Source: Pseudomonadota bacterium (lineage in GTDB: Bacteria > Pseudomonadota > Gammaproteobacteria > Steroidobacterales > Steroidobacteraceae). From it: a DNA stretch of 64,000 nucleotides. Below the pieces are notes generated by a model. It was not told where the DNA came from, searched no databases, and was given only the letters and a program-made list of their open reading frames with translations. The position numbers were made by a program, and so were the translations under genes. Shown in pieces: positions 36,500-46,434 of this stretch. The stretch lies in contig JAKCDC010000007.1 of assembly GCA_021838635.1 (NCBI GenBank), positions 35,968 to 99,967 of the forward strand. Reading direction: 5' to 3'. Positions within the stretch are counted from its first letter, which is position 1, and every line of letters starts with the position of its first letter.

Positions 36500-36614
36500 G
36501 CGGGGGCATTCTACCGGCTCGGCGCCAGGGGCGCGCGCGGGCATTCCACCGGTGCCCCTGCCGTGGCACTCTCACTCCTCCGCCGTGCGTCGGCCTTGCA
36601 GGGAAAGACTCGCG

Positions 36615-37250
36615 ATGCAGCTGTTCACGTTCTTCCGCAGTTCCGCCGCGTACCGTGTGCGGATCGCCCTGAACTTCAAAGGGATCGCCTATCAGCCGGT
36701 GCCGATCGATCTGCGCCCCGGTGCGCACCGCCAGCCGGAGTATCTGGCGCGCAATCCCCAGGGTCTCGTGCCGGCGCTCGCCGACGGCGGGACAGTGATC
36801 GGCCAATCGCTGGCCATTATCGAGTACCTGGAGGAAACCCATCCGGAGCCGCCGCTGCTGCCGCGTGAGCCGAGCGAGCGCGCGCAGGTGCGTGCGATGG
36901 CGCTCGCCATCGCCTGTGACTTGCATCCGCTGAACAACCTGCGGGTGTTGAACTATTTGCGCGGTCCGCTTGGTCAGGACGAGCAGAGCGTCAACACCTG
37001 GTATCGGCACTGGGTCGGGGTGGTGTTCGAGGGCCTGGAGACCCAGGCGCGCGCGCACAGCGACGCTCGGACGCTGTTCGCAGGCGGCGTTACGCTCGCG
37101 GACGTGTGTCTCGTGCCGCAGCTGTTCAATGCGCGACGCTTCAGCTGCGACCTTGCACCGTTTCCGACACTCACGGCCGTCGGGGCATACCTGGAGACGC
37201 TGCCCGCCTTTGCACAGGCCGCGCCCGCGGCACAGCCGGATGCTTCCTGA
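36615..37250 (+). CDS. maiA: Maleylacetoacetate isomerase (GST zeta class)
   Basis: ATG 36615. SSAAYRVRIALNFKGI...NPQGLVPAL..QSLAIIEYLEE is the zeta-class signature. Confidence 0.85.
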   Translation: MQLFTFFRSSAAYRVRIALNFKGIAYQPVPIDLRPGAHRQPEYLARNPQGLVPALADGGTVIGQSLAIIEYLEETHPEPPLLPREPSERAQVRAMALAIACDLHPLNNLRVLNYLRGPLGQDEQSVNTWYRHWVGVVFEGLETQARAHSDARTLFAGGVTLADVCLVPQLFNARRFSCDLAPFPTLTAVGAYLETLPAFAQAAPAAQPDAS

Positions 37251-37259
37251 GGCGCTCGA

Positions 37260-38147
37260 TCAGTCCCGCGGCGTGTCGTTGTGCCGGTCGAACAGCTCGG
37301 CCTTGAGCCGGAAGGCCGCCGAGATATCCTCATCGCCGTGCCCCCGGGCGATCAGCTCGGCGTACTCGCCGAGCATCCGCTCGACCACTGGCAGCGTAAC
37401 GCCGAAGCGCGCAGCCATGTCGCGGCAGATGGTCAGGTCCTTTGCGTGCAGTCGCACGCGAAAGCCTGCCGGGTAGCTGCCGCGCACCATGTTCGGTGCG
37501 CGGTGCACGAAGTACCAACTCGAGCCGGCGCCCTTGCCGAGGGTGTCGATGAGCTTCTCGAGCGGCAGGCCCTGGGCACGTGCGAAGGCCATGGCCTCGG
37601 CAACCGCATCGATGATGCCCGCGCACATGATCTGGTTGGTGGCCTTGGCGGCCTGACCGCTGCCGACCGGGCCGAACAGCGTCACGGTGCGTCCCATCGC
37701 CGCGAGGATGGGGCGGGCGCGCTCGAAGGCCTGCGGATCGCCGCCGCACATGACAGCGAGCGTGCCGTCGCGCGCGCCCTCCGTGCCGCCGCTCACCGGG
37801 CAGTCGAGAAATGCCGCCCCCGAGGGGCGCAGCAGTTCGGCGGCGCGGCGCGCGGTGTCGGCTGCCACGGTCGAGCAGTCGATGAGCAGTGCGCCGGTAC
37901 CGAGCCTGGGAGCCAGCTGATGAGTGACCTCGAGCACATCGGCATCGGCCGAAACGCAGCTGACGATGGCGTCGACCCGTGTGGCCAGTTCCACGAGCGT
38001 CGCGCTCGCGGGGATGCCGAGTTCGGCGGCAAGCGATTCAGCCTTCTGCGGCGTGCGGTTGTACACTGAGGCGAGCAGACCGGCCTTGTGCAGGTTGCGG
38101 GCCATATGAGCGCCCATGGCGCCGAGTCCGACGAATCCTACGCGCAT
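37260..38147 (-). CDS. NAD(P)-dependent 3-hydroxyisobutyrate dehydrogenase family oxidoreductase
   Basis: MRVGFVGLGAMGAHMARNL Rossmann motif, plus the DCPVSGG and GSGQAAKATNQ family motifs. Confidence 0.8.
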   Translation of the reverse strand: MRVGFVGLGAMGAHMARNLHKAGLLASVYNRTPQKAESLAAELGIPASATLVELATRVDAIVSCVSADADVLEVTHQLAPRLGTGALLIDCSTVAADTARRAAELLRPSGAAFLDCPVSGGTEGARDGTLAVMCGGDPQAFERARPILAAMGRTVTLFGPVGSGQAAKATNQIMCAGIIDAVAEAMAFARAQGLPLEKLIDTLGKGAGSSWYFVHRAPNMVRGSYPAGFRVRLHAKDLTICRDMAARFGVTLPVVERMLGEYAELIARGHGDEDISAAFRLKAELFDRHNDTPRD

Positions 38148-38224
38148 CGCAGTGGGGGTCTCGTGTTGAGTCGGCCGGTGGGCCGGGGCGCACCACTATA
38201 GGACGATCGAGTCGTCCGCGGAAC

Positions 38225-38686
38225 TCAATCCCCGCTCGGCGAACCGCACCAGTGATTCATGGTGGCGCGGGCCTTGACACGGGCCGCCGTAGCGGCAGCG
38301 TCACTCAGGTAGTGCCGCTGGCCGTGCGCACCGGTGGTAAACAGTCGCCGCGCGAAGATCAGCCGATGGTAGACCGCCTGCGCCTGCGTGCAGCGCTTGG
38401 CTCGCAGCTTCGCCTCCTGGGCGCGCACCGCGCGCTCATCGGCGGCGTGCCGGATGAGGCGGTCGGCGGCGTGATCCTCGGCACCGACGCTCGGCGTCGC
38501 GCCCGATGGTGCGGCCGAAGTTGCGGCGATCGTCCCGACCCGCACGGCCCCGGGACGCCACTGGTCGCTGTAATGGACCAGGCCGTGCTTATCCACCCAT
38601 CGATAGACCCCGGCGTGCGCCGGCGCCAGCGCCCCGAGCAGCAGCGCGGCGGCCAGCAGACTGAAAAACATCGTGGTGCGTGACAT
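38225..38686 (-). CDS. DUF4124 domain protein (secreted)
   Basis: Start at complement of 38684-38686. Signal peptide followed by GVYRWVDKHGLVHYSDQ, the DUF4124 hallmark. Confidence 0.7.
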   Translation of the reverse strand: MSRTTMFFSLLAAALLLGALAPAHAGVYRWVDKHGLVHYSDQWRPGAVRVGTIAATSAAPSGATPSVGAEDHAADRLIRHAADERAVRAQEAKLRAKRCTQAQAVYHRLIFARRLFTTGAHGQRHYLSDAAATAARVKARATMNHWCGSPSGD

Positions 38687-38792
38687 GTGCGCCTCCGGGC
38701 GTCGCGGCCCACTCATCGCGGCGACGTCTGTATTTACTCTGGCACAGCTGTTCGCGCCAGACCAGGGGCTGTCTCTCACAATGCACACGCCC

Positions 38793-38822
38793 CCGGTCAC
38801 CGCACGGCGACCGGGGGCGCAG
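38793..38822 (-). terminator. Hairpin downstream of amtB
   Basis: gcccccggtc...gaccgggggc, a 10-bp perfect stem 14 nt after the amtB stop, with no clear U-tract. Confidence 0.35.
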
Positions 38823-38835
38823 CATCTGCGCGGCG

Positions 38836-40218
<1,383 letters not shown>

Positions 40219-40327
40219 GTGTTCTCCCGGGCGGTTGGCGTGAGGCGCGCCTGCGGCCGCTGCCGTCCCCCTTCGCGGGGGTGCACGAGCGGCCGGGACG
40301 CGCGTAAGCTGATGCCGCGGGCGCTGG

Positions 40328-40343
40328 TGCAGAATCCATGCCA
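40328..40343 (-). promoter_or_regulatory. Sigma-54 promoter candidate for amtB
   Basis: The minus strand reads TGGCAT-GGATT-CTGCA, with GG/GC at exactly the -24/-12 spacing of the TGGCAC-N5-TTGCA consensus. It sits about 110 nt upstream of the amtB ATG. Confidence 0.5.
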
Positions 40344-40395
40344 TGGCGGATTTTCTAAGCGCTTCGGGCGCTTGCGCGTGCCTGCCATCGCGGGT

Positions 40396-40412
40396 TGCAC
40401 CGTCTTGGTGCT
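40396..40412. promoter_or_regulatory. NtrC-type enhancer site candidate
   Basis: TGCACC-GTCTT-GGTGCT matches the palindromic TGCACC-N5-GGTGCA at 11 of 12 positions, 53 nt upstream of the sigma-54 element. Confidence 0.45.
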
Positions 40413-40459
40413 GCCGCGGCACCCCTTCGCCCCAATGCGGGGCATGCTGAACGAGGTCA

Positions 40460-40717
40460 GTGACGATGGATATCTTCGGTATCGACGCGATGGCCCGGCG
40501 CCTGGCTGAGAGTGTGCCGCCGGGGCTGCGCACCGTGCAGAAGGACCTGGAGAACAACTTCCGGGCCGTGTTGCGCGCCAGCCTGAGCAAGCTCGATCTG
40601 GTCAGCCGGGAGGAGTTCGACACCCAGATGCGGGTCCTGCAGCGCACCCGCGAGCGGCTGGCCGAACTCGAGGCGCGGCTGCAGGCGCTCGAGGCCTCTG
40701 CACCGCAGCCGCACTGA
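40460..40717 (+). CDS. ubiK: Ubiquinone biosynthesis accessory factor UbiK (YqiC/BMFP)
   Basis: [32 protein letters not shown] matches the conserved UbiK coiled coil (E. coli [23 protein letters not shown]). The start is GTG 40460 or ATG 40466. Confidence 0.8.
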   Translation: [85 protein letters not shown]

Positions 40718-40765
40718 GCCACCGGCCGGGCTGCTCGGCCGGAGCGGGCGTCGGGCAGCGCCGGG

Positions 40766-41317
40766 TTACTTCGGCTTGCCCTTGACCATCTGCGGGTCGA
40801 CCAGCGAGACCATGTAGTTCACCGCTCGCTTGACCACCGCATCCGGCAGTCCCGGGCGGCCGCCTTTGGCGGGCATGATCCCGGTCGAACCGTGAAAGCC
40901 GTGCAGCGCATGGTCGTAGAGCGTCGCCAGCCCTTTGGCGAGGTGCCGGGCCCAGGCCGCCTTGTCGCCGGCCTTTGGCGCGCCAGCGACCCCCGGGCCG
41001 TGACAGGCGCTGCAGGTCTGTTCGAACAGCGCCTTGCCGGTCGTGGGCACGCCAAGCCCGCCACTGCTGCCCATACCCGCCCCGGCGGCGGGCGCGATCA
41101 CGAGGCCGGCAGTGTTCTGCCCGGCGATCGCTTCGCGCTGGAACGGCGTGACATGCTGCTCCACCCGGTGAATGTATTCAGTGTCCGACAGGATCTGACG
41201 TTCCTGCATACGGCCACCGACGTAGCGGGCGAAGATGAAGATCAGGATGGCGATTGTGACCAGGAGGCCGATCACCATGCTGAACACGTTGATGAAATGC
41301 GAGTCCTGCTTGCTCAC
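40766..41317 (-). CDS. Membrane-anchored mono-haem cytochrome c5 family protein
   Basis: GTG start (complement of 41315-41317) behind a gagagg RBS, an N-terminal TM helix, and CSACHGPG haem site with downstream Met (GIMPAKGG). Confidence 0.8.
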   Translation of the reverse strand: MSKQDSHFINVFSMVIGLLVTIAILIFIFARYVGGRMQERQILSDTEYIHRVEQHVTPFQREAIAGQNTAGLVIAPAAGAGMGSSGGLGVPTTGKALFEQTCSACHGPGVAGAPKAGDKAAWARHLAKGLATLYDHALHGFHGSTGIMPAKGGRPGLPDAVVKRAVNYMVSLVDPQMVKGKPK

Positions 41318-41543
41318 GAGACCTCTCTGGGGAATCCGTGAACGCGGAAGGCACAGTATAACCGCTCGTGGGCCGCGTGGCTGAAGCCCTGGCCGCCGGG
41401 TCCTGGTCTGCCCCCGCACGTGGCATCCGGGCGGTGAGGCGCGTATGATCCGCGGGCGCTGGCGCAGGCGGCCGGGCTGGAGATGCTCCGGATCGACCGT
41501 CAGTCTGACCCTGTCCTGGGTCAGCCGCGCGCCGCCACGCGGC

Positions 41544-41620
41544 GCGCCCGTAGCTCAGTTGGATAGAGTGGCAGCCTCCGAAGCTGCAGGTCGCTGGTTC
41601 GAATCCAGTCGGGCGCGCCA
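41544..41620 (+). tRNA. tRNA-Arg (anticodon CCG)
   Basis: Hand-folded cloverleaf. The acceptor stem is GCGCCCG/CGGGCGC and the D arm is GCTC-AGTTGGATA-GAGT. The anticodon arm is GCAGC-CT[CCG]AA-GCTGC and the T arm is GCTGG-TTCGAAT-CCAGT. The 3' end is an encoded G-CCA. Confidence 0.9.
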
Positions 41621-41671
41621 ATCCTGAACTGTCCGGTGCGGATGACGCACGGGGGTGCCGTACCGCTGCGC

Positions 41672-44600
41672 TCAGGCGTTGCCCGGACCGTTCGGGCGTG
41701 ACTCGCGCACCTTGAGCGTCAACCACTGCATCATCCGGCGCATCGCCAGCAGGCGGCTTGCCTCCAGCGGATGCTCGTGCACCTCGGCATGCAGGGCGAG
41801 CGCCTGCCGATCGCCTCCGCCCTGGGTCTGTAAAAAATCGCTGATCGGACAGCGGTCGAGCCGGCCGGGCTCGCGCAGCGACATCGGGTCGTGCAGCCGC
41901 ATCCATTGGTAGGCGAGCGCACCGAGCCAGCTGTGCACGCCAGCGCCGAGGCCGCGCCATGCGGGCCGGGTCGCGAGCCACTGTGCCAGCGCCCCGGCAG
42001 GCATCGGTTTGCACAGTCCGAAACCCTGGCCGTACCGGCAGCCGAGCTGCACCGCCGCCTCGATGATGGCGGGGTCCTCCAGGCCCTCGGCCACCACTTC
42101 GCGCTCCAGGTCCTGGCCAATCTGCACGACGGTGCGGATCAGGCTGAGCGCCTTGATCGGATCGCGATCCAGGTCCTTCACCAGGTTCTGGTCGATCTTG
42201 ATGACATCAAACGGCAGGTCGGCGAGCCGCTTGAGGTTGCTGAAGCCCGAGCCGAGGTCGTCCATGGCGATCTTCACGCCCGTCGCGGCGAGCCGCGTGA
42301 TGGCCTCATCGACCGTGCGCGCCTCCAGCACCTGGCTCTCGAGCAGCTCGAGGACGAGGTGGCGCGGTGCCACCTGCGCGGCGCGCAGCGCCTCCTCGAC
42401 CCACTGTGCGCAGTCGGGGTGTATCAGGGAGCTCGGGGCGACGTTGAGCGCCAGTCCGATCAGCCCGTGCTGTTCGCGCCAGCGGTGCAGATGCGTGAGG
42501 CCCTGCCGCAGACCCTGGCGGAACAGCGAATCCAGGTCCGTCTCCCCAAGCACCGGCAGGAACTGTGCGGGCTCGAGCAACGTGCCCTCCGGGGTGCGCA
42601 GGCGCGCCAGCGCCTCGACTTTCACGACCGTTCCGCTCTCGAGCTGCACGACCGGCTGGACGAACATTTCCACACCGCCGCTGTAGAGCGAGGCGCGGAT
42701 CCGCGCGACCTCGCCGGTATCGATGGCATGCCCACGGCTCGGCGAGTCACGCGTCATCTGATCCCAGCGGTTCTGCAGCGACAGCCGCCAGGTGCGCATC
42801 CAGGCGGAAGTGAACTGGTGCGGGTACGCTCCGAAGAGCATCAACACGGAGTGGATCGCGCCGTGCCGATGCACCGGAAGGGTGACCGCGCTGCGGATGC
42901 CGAACTCGCTCATCAGCGCCTGCCATGGGGCGGAGCGCGGCTCGCACCCGAATGCCGCGGTTTCCTGCTGATGCCCCGTCATCCAGGTGCTCGCTACCAG
43001 GCCCCGGCCGCGGATGTCGCGCGGATCGAGCACCGGATAGAGATTGCGCGCGCGGTGCGCTTCGACGAACGCGGCGCACTGTGGGCCGGCGGCACGCTCG
43101 ATGACGAGGCGGTTGTGCGCATCGGGCCGGCAGACCACCGCGGCGCGCACCCCGGGCAGGGCGGCGAGCGCCTCCAGTTCCGCCTGCACCCCATCGCCCG
43201 TCAGTCCCCGCTCATCCTGCGGCCGGGCGAGCAGCGCCTGGTACTGGTCGAGCACCGACTGCATCGCCTCGAGCTCCCCCTGCAGCTCCAGCTGCAGGCG
43301 GGCCTCGGCGGTGCGCAGCGCGCGGTAGCGCGTGCGCGTGGTGAGCAGCGCCGCATCGAAATGGGCGTGCAGCAGATCCCGGTACAGCCCCATCACCAGG
43401 GCCATCGATGCGCCGGAGAGGCCGACCAACCCATGCATGGCGCCGAGTCGGCGCGCCGCCTCTTTCGCCTGTTCGGCCGAAGTTCGCGCATCGAGCAGGA
43501 AGCGCAGGTGCGCGGCCTGCTTGCGCACCAGCCCCTGCAGCTCCGCTTCGGTCAGGCACGCGAGGATCGAGGCGGTTTCCGCTCGGGTGCCCAGTTCGCG
43601 GTAGAACGCGGCGACGAACTGTTCGGCCACCACCTCGATGTGCGGGGCGACACTCTGCATCAGCTCCTGCATCTCAGGCCCGAACGGGTCGAATGCGGTC
43701 TCGGCGAGCTGCTCGGCCGATATCGACACTCCGACCCGCCACCATTGGGCTCGGATCCGCTTGGATTGCTTGGCCTGATACATCGCCGCATCGGCCTGGC
43801 GCAGCAGCGCCTCGGCTTCCTCGCCGTCAAGCGGAAACAGCGCGAGGCCCATCGTCATGTCGACCGAGGCGCTGGCCGCGCCGCTCACGTCGAACGGAGT
43901 CTCGACGGCGCGATGCAAGTGGCGCAGCGCAGCACTCAGCTGGGACAGCTCCTGGGTGCGCTCGAGGTCCTCCAGGACCACGACGAACTCATCGCCGCCG
44001 AGGCGTGCGATGAAGTCCGACTCGCGCAGCCATTCGCGCAGACGCCGCGAGACGGCGCGCAGCAGCTCATCGCCCGCATCGTGACCGAAGCGATCATTGA
44101 CCGGCTTGAAATCATCGAGATCGATCACCCCGAGGGCGAGCGAGGTGCCGCGGCGGCGCGCGCGGGCGATGGCCGGCGGCAGGTACTCCTCCAGTGCGAG
44201 ACGGTTGGGCAGCCCGGTGAGCGTATCGGTGCGCGCCATGCGCGCCTCCTGCAGCTGCAGCGAGCGGATGCGCTCCTTCAGATCGAGCTCATCGAGACCG
44301 TGACCGAGCAGCGCCCCGATGCGGGTACAGACCTCGACCGTGCCGGCATCGAACCCCTCGCGCCGCGGGGCCGCGAGCGTGAGGACGGCCCAGACCCGAG
44401 TGGCTCTGACGATCGGCAGCGCGAGAATGCTGAGCCAGCGGTGAGCGCTGAACCCGGCGTGCCACGGCTGAAGCGTCGGATCGGCCAACGTATCGTTGCA
44501 GACGCACAGACTCCCGCTGCTCCACGCCTTGACCGCGACGGAGGCCGTCTCTCCTTGCGCGAGTCTCGGTGGGGCGCTGCGCACCTGCTCGGTACCCTCG

Positions 44601-45478
44601 CCGGCGAGCGCCAACACCTCGAACACGCCGGACGGATCGGGCCGGCCGATCCAGGCGGTATGGAATGGAGTGTCGCTCGAGAGCTTGGCGCACAGGCTCG
44701 CGAGCATCTCTTGCTCGTGACGGCACTGGATCAGCACATCGCCGCAATGCAGCCACGCGCGGTACAGCGTCTGTACGTCGAGCAACTGCTGGCGCTGCAG
44801 GAGCAGGTCAAACGTCCGCTGCCCGAGGGCGTCCGACAGGCCGCTGACGGTATCGACGAGACGGCTGCGCGCCTGCGGGTCGTGCTCCTCGAAAGGCAAG
44901 GCCTGTGCTTCACCGGCCTGGCGCGCCTGGATCTCGCGCACCATCTGCCGGTCCACCTCCATGATGTGCCGCAGCAGCCATTGCGCAAGAAACGACAGCA
45001 GCTCGACGCTGACGTCCGCACCGCAATCGCCATTAAGCCTGCGCGCCTGGCGCAGCCAGCCACGGAATTTCTCATGAGCTTGCAGGTGTATCTTGCGATG
45101 CGCGTCATCGACCTGCCACTGACGCATCAAGAGCGCCTCGGTACGGAAGTGATCGCGCGTATAATCCGCGAGCGCATCGAGCAGGCCGTTCAGCTCCTCG
45201 GGCTGAACGGCCCGGGCCTGGGCGTGCGCGGCCCGATTGAAGATCTCGAGCAGCCGCTGGTGCTGCGCATCGATCAGCGCATCGCCCGTGGCCATGGCCT
45301 CGCTCCAGTGCAGCGGTTGCACCTCCGGTGATGGTTGCGACTCTGTGCACGTGGTGGCCAAAGCAGGCGAGTTCCGTGTTCGTGTCCCAGGAGCCCGCGC
45401 GCGACAGCGCTCGGGCACAAGCCGATCCGGCTGGATTTTCCCGCATCGGTGCGCCGGCAATCGCATCGACCGCATCAA
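41672..45478 (-). CDS. Multidomain c-di-GMP enzyme: hemerythrin - GAF - GGDEF - globin-coupled-sensor-like domain - GAF - EAL
   Basis: 1268-aa ORF. Hemerythrin ligand motifs fall at about aa 56-180: IDAQH, DHFRTE, LQAHEKF and LRHIMEVD. The GGDEF domain has an RESD I-site and an intact GGDEF at aa 494-498. A globin-sensor-like segment spans about aa 600-710 (FVAAFYRELG...RRLGAMHGLVGL). The EAL domain at aa 955-1151 has EALAR, N, ELLE, DDLGSG, KIDQ, EGLE and GQG. The true start is uncertain. Confidence 0.85.
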   Translation of the reverse strand: MMRSMRLPAHRCGKIQPDRLVPERCRARAPGTRTRNSPALATTCTESQPSPEVQPLHWSEAMATGDALIDAQHQRLLEIFNRAAHAQARAVQPEELNGLLDALADYTRDHFRTEALLMRQWQVDDAHRKIHLQAHEKFRGWLRQARRLNGDCGADVSVELLSFLAQWLLRHIMEVDRQMVREIQARQAGEAQALPFEEHDPQARSRLVDTVSGLSDALGQRTFDLLLQRQQLLDVQTLYRAWLHCGDVLIQCRHEQEMLASLCAKLSSDTPFHTAWIGRPDPSGVFEVLALAGEGTEQVRSAPPRLAQGETASVAVKAWSSGSLCVCNDTLADPTLQPWHAGFSAHRWLSILALPIVRATRVWAVLTLAAPRREGFDAGTVEVCTRIGALLGHGLDELDLKERIRSLQLQEARMARTDTLTGLPNRLALEEYLPPAIARARRRGTSLALGVIDLDDFKPVNDRFGHDAGDELLRAVSRRLREWLRESDFIARLGGDEFVVVLEDLERTQELSQLSAALRHLHRAVETPFDVSGAASASVDMTMGLALFPLDGEEAEALLRQADAAMYQAKQSKRIRAQWWRVGVSISAEQLAETAFDPFGPEMQELMQSVAPHIEVVAEQFVAAFYRELGTRAETASILACLTEAELQGLVRKQAAHLRFLLDARTSAEQAKEAARRLGAMHGLVGLSGASMALVMGLYRDLLHAHFDAALLTTRTRYRALRTAEARLQLELQGELEAMQSVLDQYQALLARPQDERGLTGDGVQAELEALAALPGVRAAVVCRPDAHNRLVIERAAGPQCAAFVEAHRARNLYPVLDPRDIRGRGLVASTWMTGHQQETAAFGCEPRSAPWQALMSEFGIRSAVTLPVHRHGAIHSVLMLFGAYPHQFTSAWMRTWRLSLQNRWDQMTRDSPSRGHAIDTGEVARIRASLYSGGVEMFVQPVVQLESGTVVKVEALARLRTPEGTLLEPAQFLPVLGETDLDSLFRQGLRQGLTHLHRWREQHGLIGLALNVAPSSLIHPDCAQWVEEALRAAQVAPRHLVLELLESQVLEARTVDEAITRLAATGVKIAMDDLGSGFSNLKRLADLPFDVIKIDQNLVKDLDRDPIKALSLIRTVVQIGQDLEREVVAEGLEDPAIIEAAVQLGCRYGQGFGLCKPMPAGALAQWLATRPAWRGLGAGVHSWLGALAYQWMRLHDPMSLREPGRLDRCPISDFLQTQGGGDRQALALHAEVHEHPLEASRLLAMRRMMQWLTLKVRESRPNGPGNA

Positions 45479-45654
45479 CCTGCGGCATGGAACCGGACGC
45501 AGCTCTCATTATTGCGCACCCCAGAGCGGCGGCGAAGCCGGTTCGCTCCCCGCGCCGATGTCCACCGGGGATCTCAGCGCCGCAATCCATCCGCACGCGG
45601 CGCGTGGATTCCGTAAAATCCTACGCTTGCCGATATTTCAAGGAGCCGACAAAA

Positions 45655-46434
45655 ATGAAACCGATGCGTGCCGCGCTGGTCGGGGTGCTGCTCGGGCCCG
45701 TAACGGCACTCGCCGCGACGCCCCCGCCCGCACCGCCCGCTGCGCATTTCACGGGTAAGGGACAGCTGGGGTTCGTCGCTTCGCAGGGCAATGCGCAGGG
45801 CAAGTCCGCCAATGCCGCGATCGACCTGAACTACCTCTCGGGGCTCTGGAAGCACAGCCTGGATCTGACCACGCTCTACGGCCAGAGCCTCGGGATCGTC
45901 TCGGCCGAGCGCTGGACGGTGATGTGGCAGTCGAACCGCAAGATCAGTGCCGATGCGTATGCCTTCGGTTCGCTGCGCTACGAGCATGACATGTTCGACG
46001 GCTTTCAGTACCAGGCGAACGGCGCGCTCGGTGTCGGTTACACGTTGATCCACTCCAAGGCGACGACGCTGAGCACCCAGGTTGGCGCCGGCTACATGGT
46101 CTCGCGGCCCGAGACATTGACGTCCATCGCGCTGGCCAACCCGGTCCGGACGTTCATCGAGCGTCTCCCGCAGCCGAGTGAGCGCTATGCGATCGGGACC
46201 CTCGGGGTCAACTATGAGCACACGATCACCAGCACGACCTCGGTGAGCGACAAGCTGCTGGTGAATGCCGGATCGGTCAATACGCTGGTGACGAACGCCC
46301 TCGCCCTCGTCGTCAAGGTCTCAACCCAGTTGGCGCTGAGCGTTGGTTACAACCTCCAGGACAACACTCACCCGGCTCCGGGCATCCAGCACCTGGACTC
46401 GATCGAGACCGTCAACCTCGTCTACGCGTTCTGA
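45655..46434 (+). CDS. DUF481 (YdiY-like) outer-membrane beta-barrel protein
   Basis: ATG 45655 behind an aggag RBS, with a signal peptide. G.LGFV.SQGN...A..DL.Y....WKH and the C-terminal VNLVYAF are typical of DUF481. Confidence 0.75.
   Translation: MKPMRAALVGVLLGPVTALAATPPPAPPAAHFTGKGQLGFVASQGNAQGKSANAAIDLNYLSGLWKHSLDLTTLYGQSLGIVSAERWTVMWQSNRKISADAYAFGSLRYEHDMFDGFQYQANGALGVGYTLIHSKATTLSTQVGAGYMVSRPETLTSIALANPVRTFIERLPQPSERYAIGTLGVNYEHTITSTTSVSDKLLVNAGSVNTLVTNALALVVKVSTQLALSVGYNLQDNTHPAPGIQHLDSIETVNLVYAF

Noticed and set aside
35856-37058. 400-aa minus-strand ORF covering the lipoprotein, the thioesterase and antisense maiA.
   Set aside because: It is a frame-fusion artefact. Only its last 65 codons (LptM-like) look real. 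The thioesterase is in a different ORF (36062-36544), and the rest is antisense to maiA.
40371-40387. Second possible sigma-54 element upstream of amtB (minus strand TGGCAGGCACGCGCAAG).
   Set aside because: The GG-to-GC spacing is one nucleotide short of the -24/-12 consensus, and it lies almost on top of the NtrC-like palindrome. The element at 40328-40343 fits better.
45320-45322. GTG (VQPLHW...) as the true start of the hemerythrin-GGDEF-EAL protein.
   Set aside because: The only purine-rich stretch (ggag) abuts the GTG with essentially no spacing. I cannot decide between this and the upstream ATGs (45478, 45475 and 45466), so I kept the longest ORF and flagged the uncertainty.
41891-45331. 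1146-aa plus-strand ORF opposite the hemerythrin-GGDEF-EAL gene. Similar long shadow ORFs occur at 4546-6084, 8624-10222, 38680-40509, 50555-52339 and 51913-53832.
   Set aside because: All are antisense to well-supported genes. They are extremely R/A/G/P/H-rich with no domain signatures, so they are high-GC shadow ORFs rather than overlapping genes.
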